DNA of 64,000 nucleotides from Bugula neritina. Taxonomy: Eukaryota > Animalia > Bryozoa. Shown here piece after piece: positions 12,297 through 26,900 of the stretch. The notes under the pieces are model-generated. The model was given only the letters and a program-made list of their open reading frames with translations, was not told where the DNA came from and did not search any database. Numbering within the stretch: the stretch's first letter is position 1; every line of letters starts with the position of its first letter. The DNA lies in contig OZ037767.1 of assembly GCA_964035545.1 (NCBI GenBank), positions 29,156,628-29,220,627 on the forward strand, given 5' to 3'. Position numbers and translations under genes: made by a program.

Positions 12297-14331
12297 TGCA
12301 CGAATAGAAATCACTAGAAAGAAATCAAAATGATACAAAAACCTACTAGAAGTAAATCTAATACTTTGAATATTCATAACATTTCATTTTTATATGCTCA
12401 ATGTAATAAAACTAATGAAAAATTTTGAGATTGTCACTAGTAATCAATAGTAGCAAAATAGGGTCCAATAGAGGAAACAACTCCAAAATAAAATAATTTT
12501 TGTATGCCAAGATACTGATAGAGATAGGAACCAGTTAAACACTATAGGTAAGTGTAACACTAACTGTAAGTGACTGTGAGTAAGAAAACATTTGTCTATG
12601 AAGAACTCACCACGTAAAAATTAGAACACTCTGCTAACACCTACAGACGAAAAATTATGAGTGCCTCTTATCACTTATGTTGTAGTTGTTTTACTTTTTG
12701 TTTGGGTTTATTATATGTTGAAATAAATATCTAAATCCTAAGTTGTTCTTTACTACCTTTAGATATAGCAACTGCAAGGGCCAAGGGGTATAGACTGACT
12801 ACACAATTAGTGAATTACAATTTCTATGCTAGGCAAATACTAATACAGTAATAGTAATACTAATAGTAATAGTAATAGTAATACTAATAGCATAACAATC
12901 ACAATGAATGTTCTTACCATATAGCAAAATGCACTATGGGTTCGAGTATCAGAATAAGTATGCCAATTAAACAGAATGTATCACTATAAATATAAATAGT
13001 ACTATTACTAGTGTCAGTATGAGTACAACCGCTACCACGCTCAAAACTAATGAGACTAGTGCCAACAATGAACTGGAAAACAGCTATTTTTAGTTCAGTG
13101 AGTGAGAAATTCTGTAATAGGCCAGATTCTATTAATCTTGTCAGTTTAGTTAGGCGACTACATATATTTGCGACATTTTCTCTGCGCTAGTGGAAGAGTG
13201 GATCAAAAGGCGCGCACCCAGGTCAAGGTAACTGAATTACACGCTGTGAAAGTTTAGCTACAACACTAGCGTATGATATGACTATTTACTTGTCGTCTTA
13301 TAACTTGTAAGCTTTACTTACAGCTTATAATATTTAGGATTTTAATGAAAGATTAAGTTGAAAATATTTTCAAGAGAATAGCAGTAAAAACTTTCAAGTA
13401 TTGACTGTGGCTATGTCTGTAGCAGTAGGGTAACTGTAACACTAAGTCTAACCATTTAAACTTGAAGACTAAAGCAAAAGTTACTTGTTAAACAGAATGA
13501 GAATGACTCAATTACAATGACAATGTTGCAATGTTCATACCGATAATGATCCTGATACTCATAGTCATACTCATAGTGATAGTCATACTCATAGTGATAC
13601 TGATAGTCTAAACTCTAAGTCATACTAATGAGTAATGATACTTGTACTATTAAACTATAAGTTATAATTATACTGATACTGAATATGAGACTGAGTATCA
13701 GTATGAGTATCATGTATGACTATCACTGTGACTATCAACTTCAACTTTCAAGTTCAAGTATTAATCATTAAATTTAATGCTAATACTAATACTAATAGTA
13801 ATAGTAATACTAATACTAATAATAACAGTAGTACTAATAGCAGGGTATTGCCATTGTGATTGTCCGATCAATTGCGATCATATTGATATTCATTGTGATT
13901 GAGATTGAGTCTAGACTTGGAGTCAAACTCAAAATCAATCACAATGACTGACTTTGAGTGATTGGATTTGGCCTTGAGGTTGGTTGTGATCATCATTGTC
14001 ATCATCATGATGATAACTGACATGGAACATTAACAGTTACATGTGATCTTGTTTCTTTCCTAAAAGGGATAAATTGTGATGCTAGTCAATTGATTTCAGT
14101 TAGACAAAACTGCATGCTTTAGATTGTTTATCAATATGCATAAGTTTTAAATTTAATATATGAAAGCATTTGTACTTAAAATCTGAAGGGCGCAACTAAA
14201 GCGGGCATAATTAATAATATGTAAGTGAGTAAACTTTACGCTAAACTCAACTTACAGTATTGAATTCTGCTATAACTCCTCAACCATTCTTATGCTTATA
14301 GACATTGCCAGAACCATTTTGATTTACTGCT

Positions 14332-17300
14332 ATGGGTTTGACGAAGCAGTACCACAGGTACAATGCTGCTGGTGTGTTCTCACTCATTGCGAGTGGGAAA
14401 TGTAATGTTGTATGGCTCAACTATGAGGGACGCAAGGATAAATATTGTGCAGTTGGAGCCTGCGAAGATGTCCTTATATGGGACGTTAAGACAGGTCAAC
14501 AGGTAAATATAGCGACTTTCCATCATCACACTATTATTTAGAAATATTACTCATCACAGTTGCTCTTCAATTATCATTTTTAAAATTTTACTCTTGGCAG
14601 TTAGTGAAATATTACTAAAGTAAAGCATTAGAATTAGCACGATGTTTGGTGTTTATTACCTAACCTACCATAAAGGATTAAGTTTAAAGATTCTGTATAA
14701 ATATTAGTGATAGTTTTTCGAAACTTAAGCGTGAGTTGTTTCAGGTTGGTCGTCTACCTGGTAATGAGCATGAAGTTGTGCGTCTAGCCGTGTCTCCCAA
14801 TGGATCTCATATAGCAGTTGGCTATCACAATGGAACTGTTAAAATGTTTGATATCAAGTCTGGCGAGGAGTTGGTAACGTTTAGTGGTCACAAAACTGCA
14901 ATCTCTACACTTGCCTTTGATGAAAAAGGCATGCTACTTGCATCAGGCTCCATGGTAGGCCTAATACTATCAATTTGTGTTATTCTATAGTGTGAGATCT
15001 GCTGATGATAATTTTCTTGTAATGTTAACATAATATATTCTTCAAAAGTGTTTACTATATGTATCATCCAGAGATCCCGTGATTGTCATAATGTGTTTGC
15101 TATGCATCTGAATTCATGGTTAAATTTACTCTCGATTTCTTATTAAAAATGTTTTAGCATTAACAAATGTTAAACTTTTGCCGTCCTGTCTCACCCCATT
15201 GCGATCAACACATCTCTTTACTTTCACTCAGATGCCTTAGCCTAGGTTCTATTGGTCTGTTCTTATCACTTTGTAGGACACACACATCATAGTGTGGGAC
15301 ACGGTTAGTCAGAGCGGGTTGTACAGGTTGAAAGGTCACAAAGGGCGAATCACACAACTCGTGTTTATGAGAACTCAGAATATTCTCATTTCATCGTGAG
15401 TCTCTTCTGTTTTGAATATTGGCTAGATTTTGCTGTAGAACGTACTGTACATCTGGACTAATATTATACAGATTCTTTATCATCTTGTAACACTGACTAG
15501 TAACTAATTACTGTAGCAGTGACTGCAGTGCTGGTGCACTAATTGATGAGACATAAAACACAAACTACGACTTACGGTGTTTAGTTTCATTGTTTCACTC
15601 TTTGCAGATCAAAGGACACGTTTGTCAAGTTCTGGGATTTGGACACTCAGCACTGCTTCAGGACACTGTTGACCCACAAGACTGAGGTGTATGGGATACA
15701 GTTGGACCACGATGAGAGCAGGATGTACACCGGCTCGGCCGATAATGAAATCAGAGTCTACAATATAGCACCGGTCACAGAAGAATTACAAGAAAAGGTA
15801 ACTCCAAGTTTCTCTATTTTGCTCCGTATTCTAGCTGCAGTTTTTTACAGCCTAATCTGTACTATATGTCCTTTCTGGGAGTTTTTCACAGGTGGGTAGA
15901 ATTTTCTGTAGTTGAAAGAAGCAAAGGAAATGGCCGCATCACACTCTAAGAAGCAGAAGGTCAAAGATGAGACGATGGATGAGGGGAGTGACAGCGAGGG
16001 AGATGCTGATAGGGAGGAAGAGCAGCTCGTTGAAGAGGTCAGCATTGCACTCTGTCATCCATAGGCAGCACCACTCTCTGTTATAGTATTCATAGGCAGC
16101 ACCACTCTCTGTTATAGTATACATAGGTAGCACCACTCTCTGTTATAGTATGCATAGGCAGCACCGCTCTATTGTAGCAACAAGAATTCGGAAACATGTT
16201 TTGTATCATTTGAATTAGATTATAGCATATTTGGTAAATACACACTATAGTCAAACTAGCTTGTAGTGAGATCTGAAAATTCCTGCAGTGTTATGTCTAC
16301 TTTATAAGATTTACTTCTACGTATTATATATATAACATGTTGTTGTATTCTATTTAAAACACATGCTGTTATTCTATTTATCAGAGGCTGCTCTCCTGCC
16401 AGTACGCTGGATCTTTGCTGAGGACAGGTAAAGGACGAACTGTTAACCTGTATATCGACAGTTCAGGGAGGTCCCTTACCTGCCACGTGAGTTGTCTACT
16501 CATTCTAATTGTTTGTTCAGTATAATATTTTTCTATTCATTCATTTCTTATGGTTGACTCAGCGAGATTATTTGAAAAAAAATATATGCCTTGAGAATTT
16601 TTATCTAGCCAAATGTCTTGTATTCTGGTTGGTGTCTCTGAAAGGAATAACTGTCATTTGACGTATGAGAGTCACTGCAGTATTCACCATGATGTTTTTC
16701 AATGCTAATAATCACTGAGATGGTTCGGTTAATAATTTCTATGGCAGATTATAAATTAATTACAAATTCCTATTATAGGTTATAAATTAAATATATCAAT
16801 CTATGAAACTATGAGATGCTCTGATCTCTTTCTATACACAACTGCCACATGATGCTGCTGCCTTTAGTGTCTGATTATAAACATCTCATTTCTTGCAGGG
16901 GTTAGACAAGTCCATTGAAATGTTTCTTATACGCACACCAGAAGAGAAAAAGCAGCTAAGAAAGAAAGCAGCGAGTAAGTTGAGAAAGAGGCTTCGTCAC
17001 GACGGAGAAGATGATCAGGGAGTAAAGGAGGCCACCTATCAGCTGACTGTCGAGGAGCAGCATTCTAGACACGTGCCAGTCAGATTACCTGCTAAGGCTA
17101 GCTCTGTCGCTACTATCTGCTCACCTGCTGGGTCCTGTCAGGTAATTACTGTCACTACCATCTGCTCACCTGCTGGGTCCTGTCAGGTAATTACTCTCAC
17201 TACCATCTGCTCACCTGCTGGGTCCTGTCAGGTAACTACTGTCACTACTATCTGCTTACCTGCTGGGTCCTGTCAGGTAATTACTGTCACTACCATCTGC

Positions 17301-20300
17301 TCACCTGCTGGGTCTTGTCAGGTAACTATTGTCCACTGCCAAAACACCTGCCGGGTCCTGTCGGGTAGTGACCACTAGTCATGTTTGTATTGCAATGTGT
17401 AGCAGATGGTGAACCTTTGTGATTCTTTTGGGGTCAATTTGATAAATATTTTCAGTTTAGGTAAATTATAGACAGGTTTCCATTTATAGTTTGTTAAGGT
17501 TACAATAGTTGAACTGAATATAAACTAAATATGAAAAATTCCAAAATCGTGTGAACATTCCGAATAACGCTATTTGAAGGCACTGGTCTGCGCTATTTGA
17601 AGGCACTGGTCTGCGTAAAAACTTACAACTATGGTGAGGAAACATGGGAATGTTGGAGTACAAATTTTTTTGCTGTTAACAATTACAGCTTCTGATAAAA
17701 CAGTTGATAGTTAAAGTGGTACTCATATCTTACTAATTATTCATCATACAGCAGAATCGTTCTGTCAAACTAAAATGTCAAAAGTCAAACAAATGAAACT
17801 CATGATTTCAAATGCTCAACTCATTTTGGAATAATGATACTTGTGAAGTTATAATATAGTTTGATATGTATTCAGTTTGTAGCGCTGTTATCAAACAATG
17901 GTCTCTACTCTGGCCAAGTTGATCTATTAGAACAGAAATCTTTGATCTCTAAAGCTAGTCATTTATCTACACCTGGACACAAAAGTGATGTCAGAGCTCT
18001 GAGTTTTAGCAATGATGATTCAGCTATTGCTAGTGCTAGCGGCGATCAGTTGAAAGTTTGGAACAGGTAAGTTGTATTGATTTTGAAGATTAAATACATT
18101 AAATCACTGCAAGTTTGTATTTGTTGTACGCTAGTATCAAGTATCAGTATTATACCGTGTTGAGATTTGTTCACATCAGGAGTTTTTCATGGAAAAGTCA
18201 ATCATTTTTTGCCATCACCAATTTCAGAAAACTGCAAGCAATTTTATTTTAATGTTTTCTATGTCCAAAATGTTTTAGCAACATATATTTTTTTAAGTTT
18301 ACTATCTTACTTGTTTAAGCAGTTTAGGACATATTTACACACAGGCGAGCACATTTTTGAAAAAATAGCTGTAGACATAATTAAACAAGTATTCCTCAAA
18401 TCGTTAGGCCTACTATCCTTCAACTGGTTCCAGCATAAGTTTTTGTGTCAAGATGTTGTCATAATTTCAGTGTGTCTGTCTTTAAGATTGTGTCTTTTTT
18501 TGTTTTTCTTGTTTTTTTCACACAAACACTTTAATGTGTGCAGCCTTTAAAAACTTTCTCATGACATGCATAAGTAATTACTTGATGTTTGTTTATTGTA
18601 GAGATAGCCTGAAGTGCATACGTACAATGCCCTGTGGATACGCGCTATGCTGTGCCTTCCTACCTGGGGATCGGTATATAGCTGTTGGAACTAAGGTACT
18701 GTAGGACTTCGCTTATTGTTATTTCACTACTGGATACAGTTTATTTAGAATGATGCCAATTGTGTATTATATCACTAGTTTATGTCATTATATTCTGCTG
18801 CCTTACAACCTGAGAAACTATAGCATTCTACTATACCACACTTCTATCTGTGATAATCAAAATTCGCATTGCTACGTTTCATAAATTCTTACCAACTTCA
18901 CAAATTTTCTGTTTGGGTGATGAAATTGCTAGATCCAATATACTTATATTGTGCAGTAACAACATCTTACGTATGAACTACATGATGCCTGCCCATGTAA
19001 AATCATTGAGTTTCAGCAACTGAAGCATAAGAGTTCCCAGGAATGCAGTTCTGTGCGCAGAGTAGCACTTTCTTATGCTATTATGCTTGTGAATGGATAC
19101 GGATATTCTCTGTTCACTCAAGTATGGGCTCGTAACTCCTTGTCGTGTTCCAGGCTGGAATACTGCAGATATTTGACATAGCGAGCAGCTGTCTGGTGGA
19201 GGAAGTAGAAGCGCACAAGGAAGCTATTTGGTCACTTTGTGTACTCCCAGACAAAAGAGGTATTGTGACAGGAAGTGCCGACCAGAAAGTCAAGTTTTGG
19301 CAGTTTGAACTGGTCGAAGAGGATGAAGCTGGGGAAGATGAAAACGCGATGGAAACCAGTGAATCCGCACAGATGCCTACCAAGTATGTTTCTATCAACT
19401 TCGTAGGAGGTATCTTTCCCCAACCACATATTTTCATCACTTTTTCTCTAGCGTTTTACCCCTAATGCACTGCAGCCAAATAGGCAGTTTGACTCTGTAC
19501 TCAGGGTGGCGATAGAGTTATCTTCTCTTACTCACAAATGTGTGTGGAATAATGTGCGTTGTCATGACGATGTAGAAACAGAAGACTGACTCTGGTACCC
19601 ACCAGAGTGTTGAAGATGTCGGATGCTGTACTCTGTGTGAAAGTCTGTGCCAACAATAAGCTGTTAGCTGTCAGTCTCAACGACTATACCATCAAAGTAT
19701 TCTATGTTGATACTCTCAAGGTCAGTGAAAGGTTATACTGGACTATTTCACACTTCTCTAGTATTCTGTTGAAAGGTTACTACATGACGTTTTTGATACA
19801 ATATATGGTTTCGAATTTGTATTTCTTTTATTTGATTTTATTCTATTTTGCATATAATTTAAATGGTTTTTTAAACAGTAGGTAGTAGAATGTTATGTTT
19901 CTGTCATGCAGAACGTTAATTTTAAATAATGAAATTTAGAAAAAACCGTCCTAAGATCTGATATAACTGAGTAGTTTGTAGTTCATGTTAAAAACTTATG
20001 ACTTCAATTTTGCAGCCAAAGCCTGCAGAGTACACACTATGTGTTATATTAGGCTAGATTTTTGGTTTTGAAATAACTTATGGAAGCAGTAGTCGCTGCT
20101 TTCACTTGCAATAGTTGAATATTGGCAAGTTGGTACTGACAGAAATTATACAAGAAATATCTTGTCAGTATTGGTTTCAATATCTCCTTCTGTTAACTGT
20201 TGTACATCTCATCATATTACAGCATCACTGGCTGATAGTTGACTTGTACTTACCTGTACGTTGTTTCAGTTCTTCCTTTCTCTGTACGGACACAGTCTGC

Positions 20301-23300
20301 CTGCCTCAGTTATTGACATCTCTACAGACTCGACTCTTCTAGTCTCTGGTTCCGCCGACAAGAATATCAAGATCTGGGGCCTAGACTTTGGCGACTGCCA
20401 TAAGAGTATATTTGCACACGACGATGAGTAAGACATTCACTGCTGTCCCATTCTATTGCGAACCTGATTAGATGAGTCATGTGTTCAGCCTAGCCTATTA
20501 AATGATCACGTATGCTGTAAATATTAGTTCAGATTCCGTCGCTTTTGTTGCGACTTAATTGTATTTGTAATAATTTGTAGGCATTTATAAAGATGTATAT
20601 CAGATACTAGTTTATTAGACTGAGTGCTTTATATAAAACTCAGTATTTATGTAGTTAGATTAAGTGGGAGGCGCTTACAAGTTAGAATCTAACCAGCTAT
20701 TATTTCATGACCGATTCTTCTGCTCCCTTTTTCTGCTATTCCATTAATTCGGGGATTCCGTTCATTGCCTTCACTTGGCGTTGCTTCCTCTTGCAGTATT
20801 ATGGGAGTGTGTTTCCTGCCCAAAACACACCTCTTCTTCTCCTGTGCAAGGGACGGCTCTATAAAGCAATGGGACGCTGACAAGTTCACACATGTCACCA
20901 CGCTGAGACCCGCCCACCACGCAGAGGTGTGGTCTATCGTCTCGAGTTCCAGCGGAATGTCGTTAGTCAGCTCTTCTCACGACAGGAGCATCAGAGTGTG
21001 GGAGAAGTCTGCAGAGGTTCTGGTGTTGGAGGAGGAGAAGGAGCAGCAGAGAGAGAAAGAGGCTGATATGGAGATAGAGCACGAAGAAAACCCAGTTGTA
21101 AGTGCAGGCTATGGTTTGAAGAACTCAAGCTAATATGTTTAAGGATCTAGGTTATGATGTTGAAGGTATTTCAAAGCCTTTAGTATGAGTTGAAACCTGG
21201 ACGAATTTGTGTTTAGAGATTTGTTTGTTTCTATTGTTACAGTGTTCTGTTTAATTTATTAGTAGCAGTTTCTTGCAGTGATAGAGGTGTCTGTCTGATA
21301 AATATCAAAAGACATATCTGAGTGTGGAAGCCACAGACTTTTCTGGTTAAACGGATTTTCCAATGTACATAACATTATTCTTCCTGTTGCATCAATTATA
21401 CGCTTATATATGTTTACTATGGGCTTCCTTTGACAATTGCGTTTACTTTGCTGCTTCTAGGTGCCGGGAGAAACCAGTGAAGAAATTGGATTTGCAAGCA
21501 AAAAGACTGTAGAATCTGTAAAAAGCACAGAAAGGATCATGGAAGCTATAGATCTATGGCGGACTGAGAAAACTAAAATTGTTGTATGTTTATTGGGTGA
21601 TGAGATAGCATTGTGCGGCTGTGTTAGGAGTTACACTCTCTCACTTTGCAGAGTGCCATGTGGTATATTTTATGTGATTTCATTGGTGTGCATGCTGAAT
21701 CAGCAATACACTGGTTCACCAAAAACATGCTTTTATGTAGCTTCACTTGAGTATAGTACAACCCAACCAGCTGTGTATACTTGTGTGACATGTTGAAGTT
21801 AACATATCAGGTAAACTTGTAAATGTAACTTTGTTCTTTGGTGCAAGTGATGACTTCATTCTCTATTCAGTTTGAATTAATTTTTAGAAATCGGATGAGG
21901 ATTTACATCCTTTGCTGCGAGCCTTCAAATGCAAGTCACCCGTGGATTACGTGTTGGAGGTGTTGAAGAAAGTTAAGCCGAGGTGAGATCTGCAAATGAT
22001 TACATCTCTTAAACTTTTCATATCCTTAGGAGAGTTTTCCTTCCTTGCATCTTTATCGTATTATTCACAAATATATGTTTGCTCATTTTACTGGTCATGA
22101 AATGGTTTGATAACAAGTTGTTTCATTAAATAATCTGGCCATTGGCTCTCAGTGTGCTCTGTCGGAGGGTGTGTCTCAAGCTGTCCAACAATATTGGGTA
22201 CTAGGGTTTTTAAACTCTGACTACATTTGCTGTAATGACCTTGTAGATATTTATATGATGTATACTGACAGGTCTGGTTACATATAGTTATTGGTAGATG
22301 TATGGTGGACACACATGTGAAATATCTAAATAAATATACGTTTTACTCGCTAGATGCAACATCTTGCTGTATTCATAGCACTGAAATCCAAGCAACGGAG
22401 ATTTCTAACCGCACATAAACTAATGTTGTTTGAAACTACAAGCTACTGCTACTACTACTACATTGTCTAGTAAACTTGAAGATGTACTCTAATGCATTCA
22501 TAATTTTATGTGGCAGCGAGTTGGAGGAGTCGCTGCTGGTCATGCCTTTCCACTTTGCGACAGACCTTCTGCAACTTCTTGACGTGCTGCTGAAACAGCA
22601 ACGTAACGTTGAACTGGTCACCAAGTGCCTTCTCTTTCTCATGAGGTAAAGACTGACTTTGATTAAATATAAATGGTGCAATCTTTGTTGCTATTACCCA
22701 ATATATTATCATCTATTTTAGCAGGAAATTATGTTGGAAGTGTTTTTATGTAATATATGATAATTATCATGTACTATAGATTAAGTGATTATATAATATA
22801 TGATATATTATATGGTGATTATTGTATGATATATGATTATATGATATAGGATACACCATAATCAGATAACGTCCAATCAAATGATCCTACCAACTATAGA
22901 CCGACTCAAGACATCTAGTACACACGTTGTGGAAAAATATAAGGTTTGTTGATAAGACACATTACCTGACATATTGTAAGACATACATAATTAATAGAAA
23001 TCATGTAGCTTTAACAGTTTTTGTTGAAACTATTTTGTTGTGTGCAAAACCATACCCTTCCAGCTCAACTCTATGTTCCATAATTTGTTTATGTTCAATA
23101 GTATATTTATATTCAATAGTATATTTATATTCAATAGTATATTATCAAAACATAACCTGCATTTTTTACATTTTCAGGACAGGATTGGTGTAAATATGTC
23201 AGCGCTGACTATATTGAAATCAAGATTAGAAGAAAGAAGCGCAGATGAGCTATTTACAGATGCAACTGATCGATTCAAGAAAAAGGAAAAAAGGCGCAAG

Positions 23301-23330
23301 GGAAAACACAAAGGACCACAGCTCGTGTGA
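14332..23330 (+). CDS. WDR3: WD repeat protein 3 / UTP12 (DIP2), SSU processome; ~18 exons (14332-14502, 14745-14954, 15277-15395, 15608-15797, 15912-16037, 16385-16486, 16899-17141, 17876-18066, ... 23178-23330)
   Basis: Diagnostic N-terminus '[10 protein letters not shown]', many WD40 motifs ([46 protein letters not shown]) and a Utp12-type C-terminus. Confidence 0.95.
16062..16168. repeat. 31-bp tandem repeat x~3.5 just downstream of the WDR3 exon 5 donor
   Basis: Unit CATAGGCAGCACCACTCTCTGTTATAGTATN. Confidence 0.9.
17111..17370 (+). repeat. 45-bp tandem repeat of a WDR3 exon end plus 5' splice site, 5 intact copies and 1 degenerate
   Basis: Unit TACCATCTGCTCACCTGCTGGGTCCTGTCAG|GTAATTACTGTCAC, with GT at 17142, 17187, 17232, 17277 and 17322. 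Confidence 0.95.
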
Positions 23331-25508
23331 AGCAGCAATTTATATGAAAATGATACTGTTTGAAGAATTGAGCAAAGCACCACAGTTCAAGTCACATAGT
23401 TATCTTTTTTTTTCAAAAAATAAAAAACTGTGCATATATTGAGCTTTGTTTATTTAATTACCCTAAATAGGCTGTTTACATTTTCAAATGTATATTGTAT
23501 ATAGCACGTAAAATGCACTAACTTTCAAAAGCAACTCATTAGGTGATCATGTTACCATTTTTAGGTAATTTTATTATCAACAACACTTAGAGATTTTATA
23601 TAGAAGTGGTAAATGTTTTATACTGTGCATTCATTACCAATAAAAGCTTTATAAATTTATGTTCTGGTGAATTATATGATATTGTTTATATAACTAATGC
23701 AAGGTTTCACAAATGATGTTACTGAAGTCATTGGCAGTTGTGCGAAGAGTTATCTTCTTTGAGGAGATAACTTCGTTTTACAGAAGAATGCAGTCGCCAA
23801 TTAACCTTGACATGATGATAGTATGACCATATGCCATAGTTTGTTTACAAAAAAAGTTATGCGGCAGGTAATATTTTATCGATCAGTTTTCATATGCGAT
23901 AACGCTCAACATTTTGTTTTTATGACTATTGCCAATAGTAAAACTTAATTGTATTACTGGAAGCTAACACTAGTAGTAGTTAGTATGAACATGTATTTAT
24001 TCAACTACTGATGAAGAAAAACTCTACTTATAGAATACTTGTAGTTAATATAAATAGAACGTTACTTGATAAGTCGAGCCTGTTGAAAATTGTCTGTTTA
24101 CACTGGCTGATATTTATATTATAGAATAAGAATATCAATGCGATAGTCATACTGATACTCATACTGAATCTGATACTGATAGTGATAGTAAATAATTGAA
24201 GGTTTAGTAACAAGAACAGCGAATTCACTTGTAAATCAGTAAGCGTAACACTCACGCTGAGTATTGAAGCACGATCACACCCAGTCTCATGATGATGGAC
24301 TTACAGCTACAGTGACTCTGACTATCGTATTAAACGAATCATTAGTATTACTATTACTGATTACATTTAAGATTGGCATTGTAACACTAATCGTTGGTTC
24401 TCCTGATCTTCGGTACTCATTGAGTCATACGGCGCCTGACTCTAATGCTATAGACATAAAGTATATACAAATCAGCTTGAGCTTGAAAGTTGATCTACGC
24501 TCTACTCGGACTCTGTTTCTGTAATCAAGTGAAAGATTGAATCTTGCAACCACAGGTATTCATATTTATTATGATTATTATAATAATTATTATGACATCA
24601 TTTCAAAACCAGACCAAATCTCAATCTGCTTCTAGTATTCATAGTGATACTAAGAGTTATTTCGTCTTATTTTATTATCAACTGTAAGTAATATCAAATA
24701 CAACCAAGGTATTAACTAGGACTAGAAGCAGTCATTATAAATAACTAGTCATGCCAATTATCACCCACTCTTACTCACTTAGAGTTGCTTCAAGTGTATA
24801 ATTTATTATCAACTTAATAACAAAATTGCCATTTTAAATTTGTCTTTACGGAACCCGCAATGGCTGATGTGGATATATTCTGTAGTCATAATTGATAATA
24901 ATTAAGCTAACTTTACAAAGCATCTATTTCAGACAATATATGTTATAAAAGCTATTACAAATGACACATACCTAGCTGTTGGTCATTTAAAATCTTACTA
25001 TTTATAAAGTTTTATACCTGTAATTACATGTTCTTTCTTGAAAAGAAAGGTTTAGCAATTCATAGAAATATTTTTGAGGATGTGGAAATGACATGTATGC
25101 ACAAGCTAGCTAGTTTTCTCTTTTTCTCTGCAAATCTTAATTTTTTTACAAAAACTAGTAACTGTTAAAATACCTGGAAAAATTTATAACTTATTCATTA
25201 CTTATATAGGAAAAAATGATAACTAACATTAGCAATAATTTGTTACTAATTAAGTTTGAATGAAATGTAAAACAATAATTGTGGGTATTATTTACTCTTT
25301 AGTCATATTATTTGTGCACATCCTGTGTACACATAGAATGTAACTTCAACAGAGCTGGACAGCTGCACTATTACCCTACCAAGAGTGGTGTGATAAAAAT
25401 CTTGAGATGTAGTAGTTTTGTGTTATCTGATCCAAACTATGCTAATGTAAACAGCCAGCTTGGGTTTCCGATGTGCCTCTCAGAATCCATGACTCATTTT
25501 TGTTAGAT

Positions 25509-25774
25509 ATGCCATAAGAAGTACCGAAGTTCATTTATGGAGCTGCTTCATTTCTTGATATCATTAGATTATTTCTTTTCGTTAGTCCCTTGAAAAAGAC
25601 CATTGGATGGTTGAAAAGGACTATTGGATGGTTGAAAAGGACTATTGGATGGTTGAAAAGGACTATTGGGTGGTTGAAAAAAATATTGGGTAGTTAAAAA
25701 AGACTGTTGGGTGGTCAATATTAGGTACCTTCTAAAATCAGTAAACCTGCACATATCACGGGTTCTTATGGCAT
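25509..25774. mobile_element. Possible degenerate MITE enclosing a 21-bp minisatellite (TTGGATGGTTGAAAAGGACTA, ~25603-25715)
   Basis: 12-bp inverted repeat ATGCCATAAGAA (25509) / TTCTTATGGCAT (25763) flanks the tandem array. No TSD found. Confidence 0.35.
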
Positions 25775-26900
25775 CCTGTTATGTCTAAATTATGAAATAC
25801 CCTTAGATGTAGCTTACTTAGCGCTGGTTTTCATTTCCTAAGCCTTTTCAGCAGTGACTAAGTCAATTTTGTCTGCTTTGAAGACCCCAGCTACAAGGAG
25901 CTATCTAGTCTATGGTATCAAAACATCTGCGGCTAATTAACTTCCAGCCATAGTTATTGTCTGATGAGTTGTGTGCAGCAATTGACCTCACAAATCACAG
26001 TTCGGTCTGGTTATTTGAGGACAGAATTCCTTATAATCAGCTTCTCCAGCTGCACTGCTGATTAAAACCGCTGCAGGGTTAAATCTCAAATACTCTACAA
26101 GTACAAACAAACAATTCATTGTAAGAAATTTTCTTCCACTCGTGTTTGTTATTTGTGCTGTTGGAATGAGCCTAATTATAATTAAGCTACAAGGCATGAT
26201 TCAGAGTGCAAACAAAGGCTTTGTACTGTTATTCTATTCATGATCATAGGGCTGATGTATGTATAATGTTATCTCCACATCTACTTGGAATTTTTCAACA
26301 GCAGCTCCCCTGCCTGATTGATATTTCTTCAAGTGGGGGTTGCTGATTAAATGCTTGGAAACTGAGTACAAACTAATAGCTGTAGTTTAGTTAATTACGC
26401 AGAAGAAGGCCCATTGCTACTTCAAATTGCTTAACTCTTGAAAGGAATGCAACTGTTTGGTTGAATTACTCCTTCAGCTATTGTATTATTACATAAGCAC
26501 ATTACTGCCAGTTTTGTCATCTCCTGATTTGCATATTTTAGTCACCTCTTAAGAAAGTTCCTGTTAGCAGGCAATAATATACATCAACTGTATTAATCAA
26601 TAAATCTAAATAATTACCTGCTGGTATAACCGCAAAGTGAATTTCCTGGAAATCTGCAGTTGGAAAGGGGTATCCTGGAAACAGTTGTTCTTTCTCATTA
26701 TTCAAGTACTGGCATTTCTCTTGTTTTATTGTATTCACCTACTTGTGTAGTCTAATATAACATTACTTGTTAATCTTTCTATAATAGCTTACCATTTCCC
26801 TTTGCATTTAATATTGTTTTATTTGAACTTTAATAGAACTGAAAAAACATGTTTATACATTGGAGTCTACTGGATATAAGTATGATTTGTATGTTCTAGG

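Noticed and set aside
17568-17614. 23-bp direct duplication (similar ones at 27513-27555 and 30086-30134)
   Set aside because: Mid-intron with no junction link. It shows that background tandem duplication is common here, which is the null model for the splice-site ladder finding.
24028-24524. Hydrophobic ORFs with alternating Ile/Ser/Thr
   Set aside because: Explained by the period-6 non-coding tract; no convincing exon structure.
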